NCBI GenBank assembly: GCA_001687465.1
Contig: LVLI01000005.1
Coordinates: forward strand, 186,001 to 250,000
Length of the DNA stretch: 64,000 nucleotides
Origin: Halocafeteria seosinensis
Lineage: Eukaryota
Direction: 5' to 3'
Made by a program: the position numbers and the translations under genes. Positions 34,262-48,850 of the stretch are shown in pieces; position 1 is the first letter of the stretch, and each line of letters begins with the position of its first letter. The notes beneath the pieces were generated by a model. It worked only from the letters and a program-made list of their open reading frames with translations, had not been told where the DNA came from and did no database searches.

Positions 34262-36266
34262 CTAGACTTGTCTGACTTCGGGGTCCTCCTCGGTATCGTA
34301 CGCAGAAGAACTCCCCTCGCTTTCTCCTTTATCCCCCTTTCCCTTGCGCTTTCCCTTGCGGATAAGCTCTGCTTTGTCCCCGTATATTATTTCTGCCTCT
34401 CGTCTCTTGGAGTACCTAGCAACTTGTTTAGAAACTGCATAAGGATTATACATTTTCAACTCCAAGGGCCTACCGGCCGAAGCCAACAGACTATCCGTGT
34501 CCTTGCAACTCAGTTCCAACGTGGATGTTCCATTGATCTCGATTATTTGGAAGCCCTTATCGATCGGAGGATCTTTCTTTTCGTAGGCTTGAAGACCTGG
34601 CATGATTTCCTTTATAATCGCAGTGACATCGGTGCCGGATAATCGACGGCCGGAAGAATACCCAAAGACAGACTTCCCAGAGTAGTTCCAGTCTAGTGAA
34701 ATCCCCAAAAAACCTGAACGTTCAAAATAATAACTAACTTCCTGCAGATATGGCAGCTCCGAAACGGTCTTCTTGGTGATCTTGTTGTAGAATGATATTG
34801 TCTTTCCGTCCATATTTCGCTCCCAGAAAAATGGTAATTGGACTACCGGGTGATTCCCTGGAGTTCCTTGGTTGTCGTCAGGAGGGGGTGGCGCAGGACC
34901 CGGTGCTGCTCCATTCCCATTGTATGCGCTTTCCTCGTTCACTGTACTAGGAACACTCATACTACCACCTCCCACTCCAGCAAAATTAAACATGGGAGTC
35001 TTTGATATTCGTTTCTTCAACTGAACATTGCACGCCGGTTTGAATGGCACCTCATCATTCATATATTCCCCATATTTTATTCCAGCGCCTCCGATATATT
35101 GGCCAGATTTCTGTCACGGCGATAAAAAAAAATACATAGACTGTTCATCCACTTTGATCGCGTTCAATTGAACTGCATGAACTTACCATTTGTACGAATT
35201 CTGGTCCGCCTTCACAGTGGACACGGCCGAGAAGCGGTCCAAACACACCACCAGTGACAGGGCTTACCATATCGCACGAGAAAGGCACTGCTTTTTGCCA
35301 TGGTAATCTGCGAGATTTCTTAAAGTAATCAACCTTGAAGAAGAAAATATGACGACTGACTGATTCCTACATACATAAACTCCCTGCTGGGGACGCTTGC
35401 GCGGGCAACAATACCGTTGGTAGTCCAATGCTGGCCATCGTCAAAACAGACTTCAAAGGATAGCTTGCCACCTTGTAACTCTTCAAAATCTGCTTTGAAT
35501 TCCATTTGCTCGAATCTTCGCGACTTTGTACCTCCCCATGCTGGCTTCGTCTCACCTCGAGTAGTGCCAACCTTGGTAATGTACCGTGCCACCATCCCGA
35601 GATTGCGTGACCCACAATCCATATATGGTTCCAGAGCTGTTATATCGACATCTATAACCCTCAAGACCGGTCTTGTGATTTGAAAAACCTCGCACATGAA
35701 GCTAACATCTGCTGCGTGCTGCCCGCCTTCTGTCCGTAGTGCGACATCCTTATAGGTCTTGGGCCCAGTTGCCAGCGTGTAGAGGTCCACCGATGTTGCT
35801 CCCACGGTTTCGAAGGCTCCACCACAGCATTTACTTCGGAACGTCTTGAGTTGCAATTCGAACTTTACATTTTCCAAAGCGTTAATAATCTTCCTATTCG
35901 CTCCTGTACCACTGGGAAGCTGGATGCTAACAGTCTCATGCAGGTTGTACGAGTCCTTCCAGCATGGATCAAAGGCTGTCTTATCCTCGGCTGCGTGAAA
36001 CATCCACAGGTTGTACATGCCGAATCCATCTTCAAATACAGTACATACGGGTGTGATACTCACTGGATTGTTTGCTGGAGGGAAGCGCTAAATCCACCCG
36101 TAATTCAGCTCCGATTTTGGCTGCAGCAGGACAAAAACGACGAAAGGTCATTCAAGCACCCATGTCCTTTCTTTCGCTTGTGCTGCTACGCCCCCGACTT
36201 ACTTTGGACATGGTTCACCTGGATATTGGATATGCGAATATTGAAGGCATAAAGACACGTACTCAT
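34262..36266 (-). CDS. C2-like / WW-like / PDZ domain protein
   Basis: N-terminal beta-rich C2-like region, WW-like LPFFWERNMDGKTISFYNKITKKT..LP, and PDZ GFLGISL...IIEINGTS...AGRPLEL. Multi-exon. Confidence 0.6.
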
Positions 36267-36629
36267 TGGTACCAGCACTTGTTGTGAAACAATTACCACT
36301 CCTTTCTCACTCTTCGTGCGGTCGAGCAGTAGACACACTGCAAAAAACGGGAGGAACAAAGAAGGGGAGGAAAAGAAAAAAGCAAGTACAACACAATATA
36401 CTCTTTGTCTAATATGAGAAACAAATCTCCCCTTACCAATTTTATTCAACTTGGGACTACGTTGAACTTTCGTCTTCTCACACTTCAACCACATCAAGAA
36501 GAACATTGTCATCAGTCAGTCAAGTGGACGTATTTAGTGGTGTTGGTTTGTCAACAATTGCTATGAGCACGGGCGGTTCGCTTGTTCCTTTGTTTTGTTT
36601 TTGTTTGTCTTCTTCAAGGGGAAAGAAAA

Positions 36630-39508
36630 ATGGTGCTCATGTTGTTTGAACAAGCCGTACATAACTTGTACGCCAAAATGTACGCGGCCATTCTGTTCCT
36701 CGTTCGGCCCTTACGAGAAGGACTCCAGTCTTACCAGGATTCAACGTCAGGCGCTTCTTCCTCTTCTTACTTGTGGTGCCTGCCGCAAAAACTCATTTCC
36801 AGAATTGCGGATACGGTAGAACGGTATTACCGGGAACTGGACGCTAAACGGCGTATGAACCAGGCAACGGAATACGACGACTGGAAAGAGGCCGCGCAAG
36901 ATTACGACAGAGTTTCAGGTACGGTGATTACTATGTGGTGTTGGACATGCTACTCTAACGTTGACTGTTCAAATACAGGGGCTGTCGAATGGTCCAAAGA
37001 CCCTGAGTCATCCTTCTACGATTATGAGCTGATACGAGTGAGTCAACCAGACAACCTGAAGCTGACTGCTAGCCAACAGACAACAATTATACTGCTCCGT
37101 ATGCAGGAGAGACTTACGGTCTTAAAGCAACTATGGAGAGCTGGAGATGTTGAAAGGCTAGGTACGTCCTCGAACGATGACGTATCCGAGCTTGTAACTT
37201 TGCTGGAGTTACATTTAGCGTTTCGAATTTTGTCCTACCAGTACACGCTCTTCGTGGTGGATTGAACAGGTATAAACCAATTGATGAAGTTACTTTCTGT
37301 TGTTCGTCAATATTAATGGCCTGGAGCGAGTAATGCAGGAATCTCGGGGGAATAGCAAATCCGGCACTGTACGAGTACTCGAAAACCGGGACAAAATCCC
37401 TCATTGAGGAGTATATCGACACCGTGGTAAATTGTGTAAGTTGCAACCTCTAAGGTTGTGAAGAATTGTATAACGGCATCACTCGCGTCATCAACCCTTT
37501 TCGCATTCTTCTTGCTTACAGCTTCTTTACATTGCTCGGGAAAATTTTGGCGAGACAATGCCCCCCAAGAAAAAATTGGTATTCTTTCGCGAGACCCGCC
37601 ATGCCTTTGGTCGTACAGCGGTGCGTATTGTATCTTGTCGCTCAGTGAACGGTCTTAGCGGCAATGGTACAATGTTTTGTACGTTTTCAACTTGGTTTGC
37701 AGCTGCTCCTGTCCGGTGGAGCATCTTGGGCATTTAACCATTTGGGAGTGGTTAAGGCTATGCTGGAAGCAGGTGTTTTACCAAGAACTATTTCTGGTAC
37801 GTTTAACTTCTCTGCTTGGCCGTGTGTCGGTGCATCAATCAATACGTTCCCCGTTGACATACTGGCCTGTCGCAGGCTCTTCTGGTGGAGCTTTGGTTGC
37901 GGGATGGGTTTGCTGCAAGACTGATGCTGAGCTCGCCAGAGAGATAAGACCCGACGCCATCAAATTAGGTCCTTTTGAAGAATTACACATAGGTACGATC
38001 TTTGCATAACGGAATCTGCCATCTGATTGACGTAGATGCGCTACCGTATACTATGTTCAGGTTCTTTTGAACGGAAGCTAAAACGCGTTTTCTCGAAAGG
38101 ATACTTGCTTAACATAGAAGTCCTTAAGAAGTTTGCGCAGTACAACATTGGGAATTACACGTTCCTAGACGCTTATCGAAGGACTGGACGAATCTTGAAC
38201 GTCCCCGTAACATCATCGTCTTCAACTCCAGGAGATCCCGGAATGTAAGAGCTCAAGAGGCGTCGAATCGCTCCATTTACAATCTTGAAAGCCTCTTTCC
38301 TTTATACCGCAGACTGCTTAACTATTTAACCTCCCCAAACGTTCTGGTTTGGTCAGCAGTACTGGCATCTTCTGCCTTGCCGTTCGTGTTTGAGGCGGTA
38401 ACACTACAGGCCAAAGACGCTGACGGTACTTTAAGGCCTTATCATATTCATGAAGCCAAATGGTATGTGATAGTATGGATTTTTTCGTGGATTAGTTTTA
38501 CACTAGACAGTGAAAATTTACAGGGTGGATGGAAGTATAGCAAACGACCTTCCCATGGAGAGATTGGCGGAACTGTTCAACATCAATCAGTTCATTGTTA
38601 GCCAAGTAAACCCTTGGGTTGTTCCGTTTTTGTCCAGGAGTGATCTCAAAATCAGTATGTCGTGTTGGGACGTACCAATGTTATGCAGATGAAGACGAGA
38701 ATTTCGACACGTTCGCAGGTGACATGCAATGGAATTTTGAAGGAATTCTTGCGAGGGCTTGGTTCCTCTTTTCCCAGCAAATACGAAGTTACGCCGAACT
38801 AGCAGCAGAAACTGGAATATTCCCGCACAACTGGAATCGTGCCCTCCGGTTGATTTTCCAAACGTTAGTAAAGAATTTAAGCAACTGAAATTTCTTAGTT
38901 GTCAGCACAAACATGTGCTTGTTTGCAGTTATAAAGGCGACATCACGGTTGTCCCTGCCGAAATAAGTGTCAATCAGTACCTAAGTATACTGTCGAATCC
39001 ATCAAACGAGTTCTTGCAAAATTCGATTAAACGGGGACAGAGGGCGACCTGGCCTAAGCTTTCGCGTATCCTTTCTAGGTGTGCAATTGAGCAAGCATTG
39101 GATCAGTGCGTGAGACAGCTGCAGCATGAACCAATGGATGGGCAGTACACCCTCCTCAATTATAGGCGGAACCGGAGTTTCACTGATGCTCTCTCTCATG
39201 GCACTCCCCATGGACGTCTTCACCGATCTAGCTCTGGATCCCAAGGCAGATTGGACATGGATATGCTGTCGCCACCACCTCCATCAGAAACACCTACTGG
39301 CAGACCTTATGTGAGCAACATAGTGAGAAACGGTGCCTCAAACATTTCGCTCAACGCTCTCTCCTTCAATGAAGACGGTCTGGATCAAGGACAGTTAGTG
39401 GAAGATGCAGAAGAGGAAGACGACAATGATTTAGATGGGCAGTGCGAGGGACAGCCTTGCAACCAACAGAGTTCACAGGAGGAAGGAGGACCTCCAACTA
39501 TTCACTGA
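36630..39508 (+). CDS. Patatin-like triacylglycerol lipase (SDP1/TGL4 family)
   Basis: [30 protein letters not shown] (GxSxG), [15 protein letters not shown] and [29 protein letters not shown]. Many short introns. Confidence 0.9.
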
Positions 39509-39591
39509 ATATGGTTGTACAAATATAAAGGTGCTAAACAATACTTCGATGAATGGCATTTCATTTTGGGCTTAGCACCGTCGGAAGATAC

Positions 39592-40474
39592 TCAGCTGTA
39601 GCGCGCCCGCTTTGAATCTTCTCCTTCATCACCGTATTGGTTATCGCCCTCGTCCCCGTCTTCGGCAGTAGACTTTGGCCTCACCGTCTCGCCCGCATTA
39701 GTTAATGAGAGTTCATAGATAAGGGTCTGCAACGTGGAGAGAAAAAAAAGGACAGTTCACTCGGAATCTACTGACATGCACTGTTACTGCGGCGTACCTC
39801 CATTTTCTTCAGCGTATATTTGATGCCGTCGTACTTCTTCCGTAATTGTCCATTTCGGAATTCAAATTGCATCAATTGAGCCATCAACTGATCCACAAAC
39901 TCCCTACATTTCTTGATTTCAGTGACTTCCCTATTTGTTGCTCTCAAGATAGCGTATCGGTTCAACTCCCCAGTAAAGTCCATGACTCCTCCTGCAATGA
40001 GCAAGCAAATGTTTCCTAAGCTATCAAACGCCAGTTATCTGTTCAGGCTTCATACGCACCCAAGAATTCCTCCACATTCACAATTTCCAGTTGTTCCCGT
40101 GTCGGAAGGCTCCCATGTATGAGGAAGTGGTGAAACACTTTGGCTTCCGCCCATTCTTCAAGTGAGCTCGTCAAAATCCCAAAGCGTAGATGGGGATGCT
40201 CTTCCGTTATGGGTAGGAGTTCTCGAGCCACTTTTTCAGCTTTATCCATATGCGTCGCAGCTTTCTCGAGTTCCAGTCTGTGCAAACAATAAATAGCGGT
40301 CTTGGACGCTTTTAACACTTCCCGCGAACGCTTGATCACGTCCTCTCGCTTCTCATCTTCTGTTTGCATTTGTGCATTCATCTCCTCGAAATCTTTCACA
40401 TCAAAGAAATCACTGGATAGAGAGGATTCCCCTCCAGAGGCACTATTCCCTTGGCCATAGGCCTGGGTTGCCAT
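39592..40474 (-). CDS. Translin/TRAX family protein
   Basis: DEKREDVIKRSRE, LEEWAEA, FLGGVMDFTGELNRYA and LRKKYDGIKYTLKKME. Two introns. Confidence 0.88.
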
Positions 40475-41427
40475 TGCTGCTCCTTGGATATGACTGTACA
40501 ACTGAGTCTGCTTACCCCCTTGCAGTGAAGATGTATGCGTATACAACGAGAAGGGTTGAATTAGCCCTTTAAATACCCTCGCAGTAGCCGATTGAATTCT
40601 CTTCGTCCCTAATAGGCGCACCGGTGACATTAATATCCACTACCGAACCACTCTTTCTCTTAGATGAATTAGGAGAAAACGTACGTCAATTGGATTTTTC
40701 AATGTGGGTCGACATGGAAAGAATTCTCAATTCTATTCTGATTGACCAGTGTGGCTCCTTATTGGCTTCCTTGAAGCCATGAGGCGTGCTATTTCCAGCC
40801 CCAGATACTATCATACTGATGGATTCCCAATAACAATGGCGCGTTATTTTATTGCATGGAGTAGTAACGCCATTGCATATTCTATAGCGAGTCCTACAAC
40901 TGGCTGAGTACAAGTTGTAGCAGGCGAGAATCCAAAAACCCAAGATACGGACTCCAACTCCAAAAGTGGTTACTAGCAAGTATTCCACCCGGGGAAAACA
41001 CGTCGTTATCATTACTTAAGCAGATGCAGCAAGTATACTCGAAGCTTTACTGGGTTGTATTGAAGGACGCAAACGGAAAGACAGCATCTGGTTTTGTGTG
41101 GGCGTGGCGCCGCCTGGGCATTCATATATGATATGATAGGATACGGAGGTCATGACCGTCATATTTGCAAGATACTGACAGCCTTCATACTGAAGACTCT
41201 CGTATTCCTTTACCAAGCTTCATGTTCCGGCAACAAACTCGGTTCAAGCGTTTTGAGTGATGACATGATGACATTCCCATCACGTTGAAGTTCGCGCTAG
41301 GCAATGTGCTTCTTGAAACTTGAAACCGAACAGGTGCGCCAGCGAAGCACTTCGTCGAGCAAGGTTGTTTGTTTCGGCTTTCTTTGAGTTGTGTTACTTC
41401 AGCCTGAGTTAAAAATAACAACAAGCC

Positions 41428-43813
41428 ATGTCGGATCAAGATTTTCGTCAACTGTTTGATGAGTTTCTGGCAAAACTCAATCAACATCGCCTCCCTAACG
41501 ACCAGAGGCACATCATCCTGCGGGTCGTGGGGAAGCGTTTAGGAGCTGTACTAGCAGCTGCTCCGTCGGCGTCCTTAGATGAAGAGTCCATGCAGCAGAA
41601 GATTGATCAACTCTACGAGACGAGACCCGATCAGAGTGCTGCAAAATACAATGCTGGAGATATGCAGGCGGAGAGTGAGTCCTTAAAATCCAGCAGGGTA
41701 TCTTTTGTTTTAATCTCTTTCATGGCGTGTTCCCATGCAGACGTTGAGCCATACCAAGCATCCTTTGATGGCTCCGTGACTGTCGAGAAGTTTACCTCTG
41801 ATGTAGTGGGAGATTCTGGCATTAAAGGCTTGTCGAAGGTAAAGGTTGTTTCCGCGGCCATGGCTTGGATATTCTTGTCTTTGCTAAAGAGCTGCACATG
41901 AACGATACTTTTGCTGCTCGTTTATGGAAGGAATTTTTTGTCATGTATAACGTTGTTGTGCGCAGCTGGAATTGGCGATTGCAGACAAACTGCACCAGCA
42001 TGGCGATCTACGGGATGCATTCGTTGCTTTTGACCAAATAGGCGACGGTACCTTAACTCCTATTGAGCTCCAAGCTGCTGTTAACTCGGTAGGTCGTCAT
42101 TCGAAGTGAAAATTCCAATGAATGGGCAGTCTATGACGTTCGCACTTGTGACGCATGCAGTTGGGCATATTCTTGTATGATGAGGAGGTAGAAGCTCTGG
42201 TTCAAAAGTACGATGTTGGCCAAGATGGTTGTTTGGGTATGTATATTCCGTAACTGTTTGTACTTACATGTGATACCGGTATTTTACGATGGCTCCTCTG
42301 ACAGATTACGATGAATTCGTGAAGGCTATCTCGAGGATAGATTTTTCGCGCTTAGCAGCTCACAATTACGATGACGCTCTTGTAGGCCGGCCGGCTCCCC
42401 TTCCCCCGACATTATTTGATCTTAAACCTTCCGAAGAAATGAAGCTGCACTCGTACGTGGAAGAAATAAGATCTAAGATAGCTTCTCATTGGAGAAGCTC
42501 CCGACGTGCGTTCCTGGCCGTACGTAGCAAATTCTGTAAAGAACCTCCTGGATCAAGGATTGTTGCTCTGTTCATTGGAGAAACTGTCTTTTGGTGCAGT
42601 GTATCGATAGCCACACCACCCGTCTGTACGTCAATAAGTTCGCTCATGCATTGCGGAAGGTAGGCTTGAAGATCGACACCAAGGACTTGAAGAAGCTAAT
42701 GCGCCCGTACATGGACGAAAGTAAAGACAAGAGTGAGTACGGGATGAATTTTTGAACCATTTAACTTACATTAACTGAAACCGTGGATCGCTTTGTGGCA
42801 GCTTACCTTACAAGTCATGAGTTTGAACGATTTGTAATGGGCTCTCCGACCAAGACGAAGACGAGTGTCGCGGAGAAACCTCCCCCTCTCGTAACTCCGG
42901 ATTGCTCGGTTTCGGATGCGATTCGCATAGTGTTGGATGTTCTGGAAGTTAATGAACAATCAACCCGGGAAACGTTGCAGCGGTACGACCTCAATCGCGA
43001 TGGAAAAGTCTCCCCCATGGAGTTTCGTTTTTCGTTGCTGGCAATGGGATATAATGTGGATTTAAGAGTTTGCATGGCGTTGGTAAAATGGTTTGATAAG
43101 GACGGGGATGGGTATTTGGACTACGAAGAATTGCTCGCCATGGCTCACACGAGGAACAAGAAGATGGGACAATCCCGTGGGGCTGCCCGTCCCCCTGTTG
43201 AGCAAAACACCGCAGGAGGAAGGGCTTTTGAAGCTACCCCGCTGCGTAGCTATGAAGCAGTGCCTGTGCAGCCTTCTCCCGTTTCCAGCGGACAGACACA
43301 GTCCGCTCCAGTCGGTTTTACAGCCGGACCAAGTCCAGTGCGCAGTCCGCCGGTCCAAGGAGGTGGAGGAACTGTCCAGTCTACCCCACCGACTTCGGCA
43401 TTACTGAGACAGATCTCAGATAGTGTTTATGGAAGTAGCTATGGAGCGGCAAACTTGTACAAGAAGTAAGACAACTGACGAACTTGTTTGTACGCTGTTC
43501 TGTTCTGGGATCTCTCTTGCTCTGCGTATTTTCAGAATGCGACAATTCGGTGAAATTGGAGTTAATGCTGATGATTTGGCATATGGTTTTCGGAGAGTTG
43601 GCCTAAAGCTCAAGTATGTGTACTAAACATTTCGATATCAAGTGTATGTACAGTACGTACTGATTCACTACGTTATGCTTATACAGGCTACCCGAGGCTC
43701 AGGGACTAGTTGATCACTTTGATGAAGATAAAGATGGAAAGTTAAGCATGGGCGAGTTTTTGCACATGCTTAGTGAAGCTGAGAATGCTAATGGTGCAAC
43801 AGCAAGAGTTTAG
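41428..43813 (+). CDS. Multi-EF-hand calcium-binding protein
   Basis: EF loops DQIGDGTLTPIEL, DLNRDGKVSPMEF, DKDGDGYLDYEEL and DEDKDGKLSMGEF across many exons. TAG at 43811-43813. Confidence 0.8.
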
Positions 43814-43865
43814 CTGTGAAGGAGGTGTAGGATATTGCTGTTCGGAGTCTGTCTCATATCGACGC

Positions 43866-44608
<743 letters not shown>

Positions 44609-44844
44609 TCCAAGATGCACAGACCGATAAACGAATGAAGAAGGGAGGAATTCTTGAAGGCCGTATTGTATCTCGCCAAATCGCTGTCATTCACTGGGAG
44701 TAAGGATAGCGTCGTACAAGCAGCCCAAGTTGAAGATGTTCCACATATGGAACATTACCCCCTCTATTGAGGTGTTTAGACCATGGTTTGGTCCTGAGTA
44801 ATGTAGGAGAGACGATATGAGGGATTTATGCATTAGGCTGTGGA

Positions 44845-45573
44845 ATGAGCAATGAACAGCAGCAGTACATCAAGAACTGGAAAGGCGAGTTGGTCGCGGT
44901 GAGCAACCACGAGGAGGAGGATAGAGGTGATGCCACCAACCAGCAGACATCCACACGTAGGAGGGAGTCAGAACCCCGTGAACACCGTGAAAAATCAAGG
45001 GGAGATCCAAGAGAGAAGAGAGAACTAGGGAATGAATCCCAAACGACCACGGATGCAGAAAAAAGCCACCGGAGAGGAAGTCATTATTCACGTAAGCGTA
45101 GACACTCTTCACCACGCTCGAAGGATTATCACAGGAGTAGGAGTCGCTCCCGGTCCTCCTCCCGCTCTAGGAGGCATCATAAGAGGAGAAACCATTCCCG
45201 ATCTCCCCGTAGATCGCGTCACAAGCATCGCACAAGATCACGATCAGCCAGCAGAGACAGAAGCAGGCAAAGGCACTGGAGACGAAGCAAGTCGCATAGG
45301 GGTCACTCGTCTCGTATGGAAGATGGAGGGTATGAGATTATTGATGAAGCTAAGAGAAGGTCCCGTTCTGTAAGCCCATCAGAAAAGTGGCAACATGATA
45401 AATTCGAGGAGACGTTACGGGATCGCTCCCCTTCTGAAGAACGAAGGAGAAAGATGGCGTTATATGAGGAAGATGAAGAAGGAGACCCCTTTGAATGGCG
45501 TATTCGTGCTGGCGGAGTGTACGTCCCACTCAAGCGCCATCAATACATTCGGCCTAAGCATGATAAACTCTGA
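44845..45573 (+). CDS. Arg/Ser-rich (RS-domain) hypothetical protein
   Basis: 242-aa ORF with RS/RH repeats and a KWQHDKF motif. Confidence 0.65.
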   Translation: MSNEQQQYIKNWKGELVAVSNHEEEDRGDATNQQTSTRRRESEPREHREKSRGDPREKRELGNESQTTTDAEKSHRRGSHYSRKRRHSSPRSKDYHRSRSRSRSSSRSRRHHKRRNHSRSPRRSRHKHRTRSRSASRDRSRQRHWRRSKSHRGHSSRMEDGGYEIIDEAKRRSRSVSPSEKWQHDKFEETLRDRSPSEERRRKMALYEEDEEGDPFEWRIRAGGVYVPLKRHQYIRPKHDKL

Positions 45574-46144
45574 GACAGTGCATGTTTGTGGATCTTATTC
45601 TGTTGCTAGATAGTCCGTATTCTGAAAGGATTTCCTAATTCGAAGACAACGAGGTAATGGTGAAATCCTCAATCAGGAAGGAAGTGATTGTAACGGAAAA
45701 GAAAAGAAGCGAAGTTCACCAAGCGATGGTGTTGTGATCTACCGAGATACATTCGGTCATCCAGAGATACGACCAACGACAGCCCCGTAGATGTGCTCGA
45801 TCCTGAAGTTTCCGTGTATCGTGGCATAAGCCCATCCTAGAGAATTTGCCCGTGACGAGTTTCCTAAAGTTACTCTTCGAGCAGCAGTGACCTCCCGGTA
45901 TACTTGAACTGAGGTGTTGCTACAGCAGATGAAGGAGCAAGTAAGACAACGAAATGAAACAATTGCTTCCTCGTCATAACGATTCCCATTTTATTTCCCT
46001 TGAATGTGCATTTCTCGCGTGCGATCCAACTTGATCATCCAAGTTGACTCCTTGAGTCATCTTCGTGAAGTAACACTGACACTATGTCATTAGTGAAAGT
46101 ATTGTTATTTCCTACCATACTAACCAATTTGACGCTACCGTCGC

Positions 46145-46795
46145 ATGTTCGCTGACCATACTACTTGTATCTCGAGAAAAAAGAAAATGGCAGGGAGTGG
46201 TGGAAGACTACTTAAAGTGCTGGAGTACCCTCACAAATTGTTACGGACGGAATGCGCACAGGTACCGGATGTCATGGACAGTCGAATTCAAGAGCTAATC
46301 CGTGACATGATCACTACAGTTCGGTACCACGATGGTCTCGGACTGGCGGCCCCTCAAGTCGGCGAACCCTATCGTCTCTTTGTAATGAGGACACCGGCCC
46401 GAGTAGTGGGTGGACGAGCTGGACGTAAAAAGCATACGCGGACCAAACGCTACCAAGCCTGTATTAACCCGAAGATTAAGAAGTTTTCCGAGGAGCAAAA
46501 CATTTACGCAGAATCTTGCCTAAGTATTCCGGATCAGCAGTTCCTTGTCAGAAGGAAACATGCCATCCAGACCACCTACTCGAACGCCGACAACGAAGTA
46601 GTGCATCGCAATTTCGAGGGCCTCCCTGCAGTTGTGTTCCAGCACGAACTAGACCACCTAGATGGCGTCTTGATTACAGATCGCGAAATGAGTATCACCT
46701 CAGGCAGCTATGATGAGGAATTCTTCGCTGCACAGGAGCGGTCGATGGCGGGACTTGTTAAGTGGTTCAACGAAGATCCCTTCGAAACAAGGTAA
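46145..46795 (+). CDS. PDF: Peptide deformylase
   Basis: GLGLAAPQVG, ESCLS and QHELDHLDG. Alternative start at 46187. Confidence 0.92.
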   Translation: MFADHTTCISRKKKMAGSGGRLLKVLEYPHKLLRTECAQVPDVMDSRIQELIRDMITTVRYHDGLGLAAPQVGEPYRLFVMRTPARVVGGRAGRKKHTRTKRYQACINPKIKKFSEEQNIYAESCLSIPDQQFLVRRKHAIQTTYSNADNEVVHRNFEGLPAVVFQHELDHLDGVLITDREMSITSGSYDEEFFAAQERSMAGLVKWFNEDPFETR

Positions 46796-46922
46796 GTAAG
46801 AAGCAATCGTCTACAGTACAAAATTGTACCATTTAGTACCTAAAATGAACTTTTAATGATACCGTTCAGGTCGTATGGGAGTGAGACATCTGGTGTGACA
46901 TTAGATTAATTGAGAGGAGGAT

Positions 46923-48850
46923 TCAGGAGGTGACAACGCAGTGTTGACGGAACTTGAGCGAGATTTCCGCATTGTCCTTGGAAGGGCTTTCATCGAAGCA
47001 GCCGACTTCATCCCGTAGTATCCGGAGCAGCATGGGACTTATGTTTTTGCATCCCCGGATTTCTAAGATATTTAGTTGCTCTTGATTGAACGACAGGGCT
47101 TTCAATCCCTGCACACGAAGGCAACAATTTTGAAACCAGTCTATCGACGTTGTTCACGTTGACGACGACTACGTACCTCATCCGTTATTTTAGGATTCCA
47201 AGAAAGCCCGAGCCACAACAAATGCTGAAAGGCTTCGCCGATTTTCTTGACTCCCCTGTCGGTAATGGAGGTGCCCATGACACTAAATTTCTTGAGATTT
47301 CGTCTGAGCTTGGAGGAATGGCACAACCGCGATATTACATCGTCCGTTACGCTTTGGCAGAAGTCTAGCGTTAAAGACTCTAAATGTGGACACAATCGTG
47401 GCAGTTGTTTTAACAGTTTGCTAGTAACATGAGGGGCGTATCTGATCGAGAGACACTTCATTTCTCGACACTGCACCAACAAACATAGCAGCCCCTTATC
47501 TGTCAACTCATTTGCTTTATCAATGTTGATATGAGACAGAGGCAGTTGCCGCGTAGCGGGGCCATATCTCTCAATCGCCATACCGAGGCGACTTTGCGCT
47601 GTCCCACTAGTTCTTCCCTTCGATTGTACGATGCGCATGGCTTCACTGCGACCATCCACTCCTGGTTCTAGAGCTTGTAATTGAGGGAAATCACCGACAA
47701 AGGCGGTATCAGTCAATCGTGCACCGTGTTTAAGTTCTAATGATACAAGTTCGTTACATCGTTTAGTGATGCCCTGTAGCGCTCTGTCTAGATTGCTCGT
47801 CCTTGCTGCTATCTTAATTCTTTGGAGTTTGTTGCATCGAGCCAAACCATGAAGTCTTCTCTCGTCTATAAGAGTGTTTTCCAAGCAAAGCTCCTCCAAC
47901 GTTGACGAATTGCTATCAATAATGCTGTCCACAAACGACGCATCGTTACAAAGAGTTACACGCATGCTGGTCAGTCCACTGAACCAGCCGAAACAGGACA
48001 AGTCAAACCCGAGGAGCTGGTCCGGTGCACCAACGATGACCAAACGCTTAAGTCTTGTGGAATTGCTAGCGACCAATTGGACATCCTCAGTCGTGTACCT
48101 AAGAGAGTTGCTCCGCAAAACTAACGTGTAAGTTTGAGAAAGTAGAGGAGCAATTTTTCGCAAACTTATAGCCCGAAAATCTGTAGGAGTATTGAATGTG
48201 AACTTTCGAAATTAGCACAGTTGTTGTGCCAGGATACAAGGTATGCGTAACCTACTCACGTTCGTACATCCCCTTAGCGTGTTCACTTCCGGTAATCACA
48301 TCGTAACCATCCGCACCCCGGTCTTCCTCAATCTCTTCGATGGGTTTAGTATCCACAACTTCCCTGAGCCATGAATATCATCGATCAAGCGAATCCATAC
48401 CCAATCTAAATAAAATAAAGTACGTACCAACTTAACGGAGTGAGATATGCTCTTCGCCATTGCTTGCTGACGGTGCCGACGCTGCATTTGTCATGCAAAT
48501 ACAGGAACGAGAAGCAACGACTAAGCACGTTGCTGGGCAAGTCATTCCATCGGGAACTAATTCCACCACCACTCTCTCGTCCCCTGTAGTCAAACAATGA
48601 CGCCATGATTCAACAAAGGAGAAACCTGGTCATCCTCGTCGGCCTCTACGAACCCTTTCACCGAAGATGCTGTGTTCTTCCTTCTGCATTTGTTGGACTC
48701 CGCCTGATCACTACTACTCCCAGTACCATGTGAAAAGCCTGATTGACCCACAGAGCCGCTAGTGTTGCCGCCATCATCATCTGAAACTTCCAACAGGGAA
48801 ATGGTTGAGGAGAACGCTCGTTTGCGTGGGTGGCCTGCTCCTCTCTCCAT
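46923..48850 (-). CDS. F-box/leucine-rich-repeat protein
   Basis: F-box WNDLPSNVLSRCFSFL..KCSVGTVSKQWRR, followed by cysteine-containing LRRs (LESLTLDFCQSVTD, ITDRGV). Several introns. Confidence 0.82.

Noticed and set aside
39066..39075. GTATCCTTT, a U12 donor-like sequence
   Set aside because: It lies within continuous conserved lipase coding sequence (SRILSR), so no intron is needed.
40685..40746. Possible intergenic C/D snoRNA (GTCAA...CTGA-TTGAC)
   Set aside because: The C box is very poor and I found no recognisable rRNA complement.
40686..41300. Short ORFs between translin and the EF-hand gene
   Set aside because: No coherent gene model or family motif could be built.
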